NCBI RefSeq assembly: GCF_002113885.1
Contig: NW_018479853.1
Span: forward strand, 1-64,000
Source: Mizuhopecten yessoensis
Lineage: Eukaryota
Length of the DNA stretch: 64,000 nt
Reading direction: 5' to 3'
The position numbers and the translations under genes are program-made. The notes under the pieces were generated by a model. It was not told where the DNA came from. It ran no database searches and was given only the letters and a program-made list of their open reading frames with translations. Shown piece by piece: positions 14,101 through 25,400 of the stretch. The first letter of the stretch is position 1. Each line of letters starts with the position of its first letter.

Positions 14101-17100
14101 AACTGACGAAAACAGAATTCATGTATTTCCTCCATCCGGAGGAGGGCAATCACACTAAGGATATCCTTGTACATGTAAGGTTCACTTTGTAGTCAGAAGA
14201 TCAGGGGCATAGGTGAGGGGTCAACAAAATCCCCTTTGGAGCGAAAATATATCAGGAAGATCGGTTGTCTGTGGATTTTCGTTGAGCACACATACCACAC
14301 GTGTCTTTCCTGTAGCAGTCATTTTATACCTGCTTATAACGGTATGGAATTCCTGTTTAACCCGGTAGTTGAAAACAAAGTTTAAATATATACGTGTTTA
14401 TATCTACATCGACATTGACGTGATCGGTCCAAAGTCAAGGTCACTGTTACTAAAAATAGAATTTGCCTTCAAGTCTCATGTCATCACTCTTACAGCCGTA
14501 TCGAGTCCGAGTATGAAATGGACTCTTACAGCCGTAAAGAGTCCGAGTAGGAAATGGACTCTTACAGCCGTATAGAGTCTGAGTAGGAAATGGACTCTTT
14601 CAGCCGTATAGAGTCGGAGTAGGAAATGGAATCTTACAGACGTATAGAGTCGGAGTAGAAAGTTGACTCTTACAGCCGTATCGAGTCCGAATATGAAATG
14701 GACTCTTACAACCGTAAAGAGTCCGAGTAGGAAATGGACTCTTACAGACGTATAGAGTCTGAGTAGAAAGTTGACTCTTACAGCCGTATAGAGTCCGAGT
14801 AGGAAATGGACTCTTACAGCCGTATAGAGTCTGAGTAGGATATGGATTCTTACAGCCGTATAGAGTCTGAGTAGGATATGGACTCTTACAGACGTAAAGA
14901 GTCTGAGTAGGAAGTTGACTCTTACAGACGTATAGAGTCTGAGTAGGAAATGGACTCTTACAGCCGTATAGAGTCTGAGTAGGATATGGACTCTTACAGC
15001 CGTAAAGAGTCAGAGTAGGAAATGGACTCTTACAGCCGTATAGAGTCCGAGTAGGAAATAGACTCTTACAGCCGTATAGAGTCTGAGTAGGATATGGATT
15101 CTTACAGCCGTATAGAGTCTGGGTAGGATATGGACTCTTACAGACGTATAGAGTCTGAGTAGGAATTTGACTCTTACAGACGTATAGAGTCTGAGTAGGA
15201 TATGGACTCTTACAGCCATATAGAGTCGGAGTAGGAAATTGACTCTTACAGCCGTATAGAGTCCGAGTAGGAAATAGACTCTTACAGCCGTATAGAGTCT
15301 GAGTAGGAAATGGACTCTTACAGTCGTATAGAGTCCGAGTAGGAAATGGAAATCGTAGTCTTGTTTGCCTTTGACATAACTTAAACATGTTTGTATAAAG
15401 GCATTATCTGTCTAAGATCAAATATAAAATAAAGTTCCAACGTCACGCTTCTTGTAATCATTCTAGCGGTCATATTCCTTTTTTCAGTTTTAATAAAACG
15501 TCATAAATATGGTTATTTTGATATCTGTTAGAGAAGTTCGAAATGGGCTTGGTCACATGTCAAGATCACTATTACTAAAATGTTTCATTATTGATGGTGT
15601 GTGTGTAGTGTAAGTCCTGCCCACTTTCTCTGGTTTATAATGTATGTTTTATCCTTCTTTGTTTATTTTATCCATCTAAATAGATATCGATTATTTAGAG
15701 TGTTTAATTTATATCATGCATTGAAATATAAGAAGATATTTTTAATATTATTTCTCGTTGCAGGAATATCTAGACAAGCTCGATACGAACAAGGACGGTA
15801 AAATCGATGTGGAAGAGTTCATAGGTAAGTATTAGTAATGATAACAAGAGTTCATAGGTAAGTAATGATAACAAGAGTTCATAGGAAAGTAATGATAACA
15901 AGAGTTCATAGATAAGTAATGATAACAAGAATTCATAGGTAAGTAATGATAACAAGAGTTCATAGGTAAGTAATGATAACAATAGTTCATAGGTAAGTAA
16001 TGTTAACAAGAGTTCATAGGTAAGTAATGATAACAAGAGTTCATAGGTAAGTAATGTTAACAAGAGTTCATAGGTCAGTAATGTTAACAAGAGTTCATAG
16101 GTAAGTAATGTTAACAAGAGTTCATAGGTAAGTAATGATAACAGAACCGAATTGTGTAGATGATGTAGACGAATCAAAAGTTAAGATAATGATATAGGCG
16201 AGGTAAAAGGTAGGTAGGTTGATGATACAGTCAAAGTCACAGGAAAGATAATGATATAGGCGAGGTAAAAGGTAGGTAGGTTGACGATACAGTCAAAGTC
16301 ACAGGAAAGATAATGGTATAGGCCAGGTAAAAGGTAGGTAGGTTGATGATACAGTCGAAGTCACAGGAAAGATAATGATATAGCCCAGGTAAAAGGTAGG
16401 TAGGTTGGCGATACAGACGAAGTCACAGGAAAGATAATGATATAGGCCAGGTAAAAGGTAGATAGGTTAATGATACAGTCAAAGTCACAGGAAAGATAAT
16501 GATATAGGCGAGGTAAAAGGTAGGTAGGTTGACGATACTGTCAAAGTCACAGGAAAGATAATGGTATAGGCCAGGTAAAAGGTAGGTAGGTTGATGATAC
16601 AGTCGAAGTCACAGGAAAGATAATGATATAGCCCAGGTAAAAGGTAGGTAGGTTGGCGATACAGACGAAGTCACAGGAAAGATAATGATATAGGCCAGGT
16701 AAAAGGTAGATAGGTTAATGATACAGTCAAAGTCACAGGAAAGATAATGATATAGGCGAGGTAAAAGGTAGGTAGGTTGACGATACTGTCAAAGTCACAG
16801 GAAAGATAATGGTATAGGCCAGGTAAAAGGTAGGTAGGTTGATGATACAGTCGAAGTCACAGGAAAGATAATGATATAGCCCAGGTAAAAGGTAGGTAGG
16901 TTGGCGATACAGACGAAGTCACAGGAAAGATAATGATATAGGCCAGGTAAAAGGTAGATAGGTTAATGATACAGTCAAAGTCACAGGAAAGATAATGATA
17001 TAGGCGAGGTAAAAGGTAGGTAGGTTGACGATACTGTCAAAGTCACAGGAAAGATAATGGTATAGGCCAGGTAAAAGGTAGGTAGGTTGATGATACAGTC

Positions 17101-20100
17101 GAAGTCACAGGAAAGATAATGATATAGCCCAGGTAAAAGGTAGGTAGGTTGGCGATACAGACGAAGTCACAGGAAAGATAATGATATAGGCCAGGTAAAA
17201 GGTAGATAGGTTAATGATACAGTCAAAGTCACAGGAAAGATAATGATATAGGCGAGGTAAAAGGTAGGTAGGTTGACGATACTGTCAAAGTCACAGGAAA
17301 GATAATGGTATAGGCCAGGTAAAAGGTAGGTAGGTTGATGATACAGTCGAAGTCACAGGAAAGATAATGATATAGCCCAGGTAAAAGGTAGGTAGGTTGG
17401 CGATACAGACGAAGTCACAGGAAAGATAATGATATAGGCCAGGTAAAAGGTAGATAGGTTAATGATACAGTCAAAGTCACAGGAAAGATAATGATATAGG
17501 CGAGGTAAAAGGTAGGTAGGTTGACGATACTGTCAAAGTCACAGGAAAGATAATGGTATAGGCCAGGTAAAAGGTAGGTAGGTTGATGATACAGTCGAAG
17601 TCACAGGAAAGATAATGATATAGCCCAGGTAAAAGGTAGGTAGGTTGGCGATACAGACGAAGTCACAGGAAAGATAATGATATAGGCCAGGTAAAAGGTA
17701 GATAGGTTAATGATACAGTCAAAGTCACAGGAAAGATAATGATATAGGCGAGGTAAAAGGTAGGTAGGTTGACGATACTGTCAAAGTCACAGGAAAGATA
17801 ATGGTATAGGCCAGGTAAAAGGTAGGTAGGTTGATGATACAGTCGAAGTCACAGGAAAGATAATGATATAGCCCAGGTAAAAGGTAGGTAGGTTGGCGAT
17901 ACAGACGAAGTCACAGGAAAGATAATGATATAGGCCAGGTAAAAGGTAGATAGGTTAATGATACAGTCAAAGTCACAGGAAAGATAATGATATAGGCGAG
18001 GTAAAAGGTAGGTAGGTTGACGATACTGTCAAAGTCACAGGAAAGATAATGGTATAGGCCAGGTAAAAGGTAGGTAGGTTGATGATACAGTCGAAGTCAC
18101 AGGAAAGATAATGATATAGCCCAGGTAAAAGGTAGGTAGGTTGGCGATACAGACGAAGTCACAGGAAAGATAATGATATAGGCCAGGTAAAAGGTAGATA
18201 GGTTAATGATACAGTCAAAGTCACAGGAAAGATAATGATATAGGCGAGGTAAAAGGTAGGTAGGTTGACGATACTGTCAAAGTCACAGGAAAGATAATGG
18301 TATAGGCCAGGTAAAAGGTAGGTAGGTTGATGATACAGTCGAAGTCACAGGAAAGATAATGATATAGCCCAGGTAAAAGGTAGGTAGGTTGGCGATACAG
18401 ACGAAGTCACAGGAAAGATAATGATATAGGCCAGGTAAAAGGTAGATAGGTTAATGATACAGTCAAAGTCACAGGAAAGATAATGATATAGGCGAGGTAA
18501 AAGGTAGGTAGGTTGACGATACTGTCAAAGTCACAGGAAAGATAATGGTATAGGCCAGGTAAAAGGTAGGTAGGTTGATGATACAGTCGAAGTCACAGGA
18601 AAGATAATGATATAGCCCAGGTAAAAGGTAGGTAGGTTGGCGATACAGACGAAGTCACAGGAAAGATAATGATATAGGCCAGGTAAAAGGTAGATAGGTT
18701 AATGATACAGTCAAAGTCACAGGAAAGATAATGATATAGGCGAGGTAAAAGGTAGGTAGGTTGACGATACTGTCAAAGTCACAGGAAAGATAATGGTATA
18801 GGCCAGGTAAAAGGTAGGTAGGTTGATGATACAGTCGAAGTCACAGGAAAGATAATGATATAGCCCAGGTAAAAGGTAGGTAGGTTGGCGATACAGACGA
18901 AGTCACAGGAAAGATAATGATATAGGCCAGGTAAAAGGTAGATAGGTTAATGATACAGTCAAAGTCACAGGAAAGATAATGATATAGGCGAGGTAAAAGG
19001 TAGGTAGGTTGACGATACTGTCAAAGTCACAGGAAAGATAATGGTATAGGCCAGGTAAAAGGTAGGTAGGTTGATGATACAGTCGAAGTCACAGGAAAGA
19101 TAATGATATAGCCCAGGTAAAAGGTAGGTAGGTTGGCGATACAGACGAAGTCACAGGAAAGATAATGATATAGGCCAGGTAAAAGGTAGATAGGTTAATG
19201 ATACAGTCAAAGTCACAGGAAAGATAATGATATAGGCGAGGTAAAAGGTAGGTAGGTTGACGATACTGTCAAAGTCACAGGAAAGATAATGGTATAGGCC
19301 AGGTAAAAGGTAGGTAGGTTGATGATACAGTCGAAGTCACAGGAAAGATAATGATATAGCCCAGGTAAAAGGTAGGTAGGTTGGCGATACAGACGAAGTC
19401 ACAGGAAAGATAATGATATAGGCCAGGTAAAAGGTAGATAGGTTAATGATACAGTCAAAGTCACAGGAAAGATAATGATATAGGCGAGGTAAAAGGTAGG
19501 TAGGTTGACGATACTGTCAAAGTCACAGGAAAGANTGATTGATGATACAGACGAAGTCACAGGAAAGATAATGATATAGGCCAGGAAAAAGGTAGGTAGG
19601 TTGACGATACAGTCAAAGTCACAGGAAAGATAATGGTATAGGCGAGGTAAAAGGTAGGTAGGTTGACGATACAGACGATGTCACAGGAAAGTCGATGGTA
19701 TAGACGAATACCACAGGAAAAAATAAGGATATAAGCGAGGGAAAAGGAAAGTCGATGTGATATTGACGATTTCATAAGTAATTTGATTAAACTGGTAATG
19801 ATATAGACGAATACCTTGGTGAGTAAATGATATTATAATCGAATTAACAGCTAAGTTGATGAAGTGGTTGATGGTGTATGCGATTTTGCAGGTAATTTAA
19901 TGATGATGTAGACTTTTGACATTTCCGATATTTTGTAGGAAATCTTATGACTTAGTTTCATGACATTTGACACGGCGCTTGAAATAATATTTTGTTGCTA
20001 GCAACTCTGTTAATAATTCCTGATATGTTAAACGTCAAATGTGTTAAACTTCAAATAAAATCTAACGCACCATGGTGCCGAGACAGATCTATAGTTTTAG

Positions 20101-20906
20101 CTTGCTAGGATGACACGATAACAGGTTTATAAAAAAATATGACCTCGACCAACTTTCAAGGTCACAGGAGTCCAAATAATTAAAACTATCCTAAGAAGTG
20201 ATCAACTGTGACCTGTACCGTGTAAGTTTGTCATTATAAGGATATATGATAAAACCATGTGAGCTTTCTATGTCGATATACATATTGCTGTTTCTGTTAG
20301 AGACGAAAAATAAATCGAATTGTGGGCAAGAAAACAAATTCGACTTTTACGATTACGAATGTCTCACTTTATCGATACTTTACATCCCCTGCTTACACTT
20401 CCAGCGGACGTGCATCCTTCTGATAAACGGACACAAGATCCCACATGGATAAGTCTACGTAGGAAGGAGTTTACTAATTACCGGGACAAAGACAGCGACG
20501 GAGTGCTGGATTTCGAGGAGATGAGAGAGTGGATCAACCCCTCCAATTATAACCCCGCCCTGGTCGAGGCTAGGCATCTTATTCACCACTCAGACTTAAA
20601 CAAGGTGAGTTCGACTTCTCATCACAACCGCTGTCCTGGGCATCATTTTACACCAAGTCACAGGCATTCCTTTGAAAACGTTATCATTTTCAATAATAAA
20701 ACGTATATTAACAAAACACAGTAGCTTCTGTTTGGGTAAGATGTAATTCTCCGGTTCCAATACAACACCGTGAACACACATACTGTCTCTTGTTGTTGTA
20801 GGATGAGGTTCTCACCAAGGAGGAGGTACTCACCAACTTCAACATGTTCGTAGGAAGTCAGGCGCTGGATTACGGGGAGGTTCTTAAGAATCATGACGAA
20901 TTCTGA
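11157..20906 (+). CDS. CALU: Calumenin-like CREC-family EF-hand secretory-pathway Ca2+-binding protein, 306 aa, 7 coding exons
   Basis: Exons 11157-11216 (signal peptide MRFLRLTVVLAVLVTFARGL), 12948-13078 (YDHEVFLG...ESKRRLG), 13204-13394 (DKDGDGRVTEGEL), 14002-14174 (DINKDNQLTKTEF, FLHPEE), 15764-15824 (DTNKDGKIDVEEF), 20405-20604 (DKDSDGVLDFEE) and 20802-20906 (FVGSQALDYGEVLKNHDEF-stop). All GT-AG with consistent phases, 921 nt in total. C-terminal HDEF is the calumenin signature; orthology versus paralogy is not resolved. Confidence 0.9.
12187..12400. repeat. 41-bp minisatellite (aaataattagattatttgtaactcgaaatatgattggtttg), about 5 copies
   Basis: Direct tandem repetition in a calumenin intron. 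Confidence 0.85.
14485..15350. repeat. 36-bp minisatellite (gactcttacagccgtatagagtctgagtaggaaatg), about 24 copies
   Basis: Direct tandem repetition. The flanks carry HINE-like aaggtcactgttactaaaa motifs. It explains the 262-aa repeat ORF. Confidence 0.9.
15813..16142 (+). repeat. 27-bp array of the calumenin exon-5 end plus donor (aagagttcatag|gtaagtaatgataac), 11 extra copies
   Basis: The unit matches the real junction at 15824/15825; 8 of the 11 copies keep AG|GTAAGT. Confidence 0.92.
16183..19720. repeat. 62-bp satellite organised as a 4-mer (248-bp) higher-order repeat, about 13 HOR copies, with an N at 19535
   Basis: Four variants (ggcgag/actgtc, ggtata/gtcgaa, agccca/gacgaa, agatagg/ttaatg) recur in fixed order. 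Confidence 0.92.
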
Positions 20907-21184
20907 TAAGACCATTTCGTAAAGTAGGACTCGGTGCTTATCATAATACTTTAAACATACACTGTACGCTAGACTACATCTTAATTTGTACAAAATTACA
21001 CATGTACAGTGTCATATCATACTTTACACTACACCCTTACTTGTTACAAATGTACCAGCTTAAGTAATCTGTTACCAATTTAGCCCTTTCTCCATGTACA
21101 ATATCTGGAAAACCAAAGCTACATGTATAATTTCGGTACTGTTCTTTAGGGCAGTTACGAGTGGTAATGCCCTTGAGGAAAACT

Positions 21185-21242
21185 AATAAAAACAATAAAA
21201 AACCGTTCAATTGTTTTATTTGACTATAATGTACGATTTATT
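21185..21242. terminator. Facing polyadenylation signals of the calumenin-like gene (+) and probably gene B (-)
   Basis: AATAAA at 21185 and 21194 on plus; TTTATT at 21215 and 21237 (AATAAA on minus). Confidence 0.55.
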
Positions 21243-22159
21243 AATAACACTGAAATCGACATGGATAAAACTTATAAAAGACTCCCCGTACTAATGATCA
21301 GAAACAAATATCAATGTGCACATACATATGCATTTATAATGTACTTAAACCAATCGAAAATATATAGTGAGTAGTCGTCAGCGATGTGCCCTCCAGCGCT
21401 GGGATGTGTCCATGGGTTATACATGTATCTCACTTGTGACACTGTTTGCTCAAGAAGTGGCAGTAATGAAATGTGGATTTTAAACAACTCAAAATATCTT
21501 TTAATCCCTATGCAGCTTCCTCACCTCAAAAATGTTTATAATATCGGGACGTTTCATTTTAATACATTACCTTACCTTCCAACAAACTCAAAATACGTCT
21601 TCGTTTCCTAAATATGATACTTTTCCCAAAGATAATCGATTGTTTTTACAATTATATGGTTGTGACATTTTTTGAGCAAATTGTTGTTTTTGGGAAAAGC
21701 CTGGATGATACATTATGCAGATGAAATTGCGAATTGATCGACAACAACCTGTTGATTTTTCAGTCGGCTGTTGGTAAAACCGTTTTGACAAACTGTGTCC
21801 TCTTTTTTCCGACTTGGTTTTTATAATTGGAGACTGAAATTTTTATAGCACTTACCGCATGAGGTTTGAAAAAACATTGATTAGTCCTCCGATTTACCTT
21901 CAGGTATATTGTCGATATGTCATATTTAAAAAACAAATGCATGTACCACATCGATCGTATATACTGTACTCTCCTGATCGTGAATTAAAGAACACTACAG
22001 ACACTTCTACATCAGCCATACGTCGATTTTCAATTACAACATTAATACAAGGGAAAACGTAGAAATAAGCTATATGATCCACTTCTATGTTCCAATTCGT
22101 GTATGGACAGTTAGTTCAAGACTGGCCCATCTTTGTGTCGAAGCTATGAACTGTATGTA

Positions 22160-22470
22160 GTTTAATTGACTGGTTGGTCTGTCTGTATCTGTGTCGAGGC
22201 GATGTGTGTTGTTAAATTGACTGGTTGGTCAGTTTGTATCTGTGTAGAGGCGATGTGTGTAGTGTAATCGACTGGTTGGTCGGTCTGTATCTGTGTAGAG
22301 GCGATGTGTGTAGTTTAATCGACTGGTTGGTTGGTCGGTTTCTGTGTAGAGGCGATGTTTACTGGTTGGTCTGTCTGTATCTATGTCGAGGCGATGTTAA
22401 CTGGTTGGTCTGTCTGTATCTGTGTAGAGGCGATGCTAACTGGTTGGTCTGTCTGTCTGTGTGTAGAGGC
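22160..22470. repeat. 39-48-bp repeats spanning the end of the gene B CDS and the start of its 3' UTR
   Basis: actggttggtctgtctgtatctgtgtagaggcgatg repeated about 7 times. Confidence 0.8.
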
Positions 22471-25400
22471 GGGCGGGGAAGATATGTCCACGTCTTTGGC
22501 CGAGATCTTGTTCCGTATTTCACTCGTTGAAGAGCACTCGTTGTCAATCTTTTCACCCGTCACTTTATTTCTTTTCTTATTCCATCTTTCAGAAAGTGGA
22601 AAAAAAGGAAATAGATTTGTTTCATTTATGCATTTAATGTTTGATTTTGTACGAAAATATGTACATAAATTAGTTTAAACAAAACGCGAATAACAGATAA
22701 ATATTTTTGATAAGTTTGATATATCGTTGCAATGTTATTGTAAAATTCAGTGTAGTTATACTGTTTAAACCTCATTTTTTCTAAACTACAATTTACAGGT
22801 ACTGATTATAATTATCGTTCTGTGCCTAATCCAATTGTGTCTTAAACGCATTAAAATTGATTTGAAATGAAATTCGATAACTCGTACATGTTTTCATATG
22901 AAGTTATCCAATCTGGGCTATTTCTACTTTGAAATATCTGTCCGAACGTTTGTTTGGTCTATGATTAGTTTGTGACATGAAATGTTACCTGTATAAGAAG
23001 AACGCGGCCACACCGAGGATAGCGATGAGGAAGAGAGCTCCTAGTACCCCACCAATAACTGGCCCGGAGTTATCGGAGTTATCGGAGTTATCGGAGCTCG
23101 CCTCCCCGGCTTCACTGGCCTCCCGACCTGTGGCAGAACCTGGAACCTTTCGACAAATATAGATAGTGTGGTGGTGTAATAGGATCATATTTATCACTTA
23201 TGTCAAAACTATTTCTTTCTTTGTCATCAAACCTGTTAAGAGCTAATAGTAGCCATCAAGAGTTATCTCTTTGGCTAAATAAGACGGAAATAACTCGTCT
23301 GTTTTCAAACACTTACAGACATAAATTTACAATGATTTATTTGAGTAAGAAGAAGGTGTTACCTTTGTTTCCATTCGACACAATTCTCTCTGTACACGTG
23401 GAAGGAGCTTGCTGGTAATCGTAGACACGTTGTAGGTTATTTCCATGTCAAAAACCATGCTAAAATAACAAAATCCATTTAGGTACGGTAGATAAATCCG
23501 TATATATAGTCAATATGTAAAAAAATGAAATGTCTCGTTCGGCACATGTTCATCTTGGCCAGATACTTCACGTGACCATTCGAAGATCAGTGATATGCAT
23601 GCTAATTCTGAAGTGAATATGTATAAACAATATATTCTTATACGCTTGTGTAATAATATAATTGTTATTTTACACATTTTAATAACCGTCATCGTCATTG
23701 AGTAACTTTTGCAAACATTCAGGCGGACAACAAAGATATTGATGAGAGTATTACCTCACTAGGATATATCGATTTATAGCGACACATTATCCTTCCCTCC
23801 CCCCATTAATCATGTATACATTCCTACTTACACACTATCGTCGAGTGATACCGGACGAAGACTGGTAGGATGGACCGTTTGTTCTAGTATTCGTTTTACA
23901 TCTGCAGCAGTCAACTCCTTCCTGTTGATGCCAGAGAGCTGTACCCGGGTAATGTTTGTTCCTGCCAAATATATAATTCCCTTATAATACGTTCTTATGA
24001 ACTGGTCAAAATTTCTCAATACCAAGTAAGCTAGATTACATGTTGCTAAACTATATACCTATTCTTAACATCTAAAAAGCTACATAAAATTCAGTAAGTT
24101 TTCAAAGCAAACTTAGCATTTAAATGTAGCCACATAAATTGTGGAACACTATAGAACATTGTAGTTATTGCAATCACCAAGTAATCTACAAAGTGTGCAT
24201 CAAATGTTATCGAACAATATTTATTACCTCAATTGAATATGCCCATTTACGTAATAATAATAAGTGCGAAACATTATGGTGACAAACAATCTTCGTATTA
24301 CCGCTGTACGCTTTAACATATTACCATTTATAAGGCTGGAAGCCATCTTAAAGTGACATGATGCACCTGTAGTATTTTGGCTTGGTGTTGTGGGCGTTGC
24401 TATGTTGGACGTTGTGGCTTCAGGCGACGTACTATTTACCAGCCAAGAAGATGTACTTTTAGTGTCGGATGTTGCTGTTTTTGAAGAAACATTTTGTGAA
24501 ACTGTTTGTGGTGTTGAGGAAAACAGCGTATTATTAATATTATGTCCTTGTGTTGAAGACGTAGTTTGTTCCTGTGTTGTTAACGTCAGTGCTTTCTTTG
24601 TTGTCGATGTCGATCGTTTTTGTGTTGTTGACATGGATTGTCTTTGGGATGTTGACGTGTCTAGTTTCTGTGCTGATGACGTAACTGCTCCTTGTATTGT
24701 AGACGGAGTTGATGACGTCACGGCTGTTTGTGTTGACGTTTTGGAAGTGACAATGGTTGTCTTCGTTGATGGAGGCAGCGCAAACGTCTCGCAGGTCTGT
24801 CCTAAAGTACCAGAAATATATATGTGTATATTTTTCTTAGAATATAAGGTAAATGCGTGGAGGAGCAAGCAAATCAGACGTTTCAGACTCTAAAAACAGA
24901 TGCAATCAAACAGGCCGCATGTATCGGAAGAGTCCTCCACTAACATGAAATACATACACAAGTTGAGGCCGGATAACAAACGCTTGTATACTTACAGTGC
25001 GATGTTGCTAAATACTGTAATTTGCGCTGAATCATAATTGGCTTGCATAATAATGTTATATATTGATAGATTTAACACTAAATATTAGTTTCACTGAACA
25101 ATATACTAAAAATTTTAGAAGTTGTCATTATCCAATCTTTTCAACTTTGTGGTAGTTATAATACTACAAGTTTTTCGAATTCATTGGAATTTTTTCAGAG
25201 ATTTTGATGGCAAACAAATATCAAACAACCGAAATGTTCAACATTTTAGAGAATACGGTATTTGATCAATAGTTTGTGAGATTAAACCAAAGTTCATGTT
25301 CTTATGACCAAAATAGACACGGAAAACAACGTACATGTTGTACTATCTCATCAAAGTACTTTTAACAAATACCATTTATTTTTTTATAAAGCATTATATA

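Noticed and set aside
14485-15350. 36-bp array as an acceptor-derived repeat (contains ctcttacag)
   Set aside because: The unit does not match the real acceptor at 15763, so it was not counted as a junction array.
14600-15388. 262-aa YGCKSPFPTQTL repeat ORF
   Set aside because: It is a translation of a 36-bp intronic minisatellite with no splice or start context.
9495-19720. Regular repeats resembling CRISPR arrays
   Set aside because: There are no unique spacers and no cas genes, and the context is eukaryotic with introns.
24390-24893. 167-aa Val/Asp-rich plus-strand ORF
   Set aside because: It is the antisense shadow of the Ser/Thr-rich exon of gene B.
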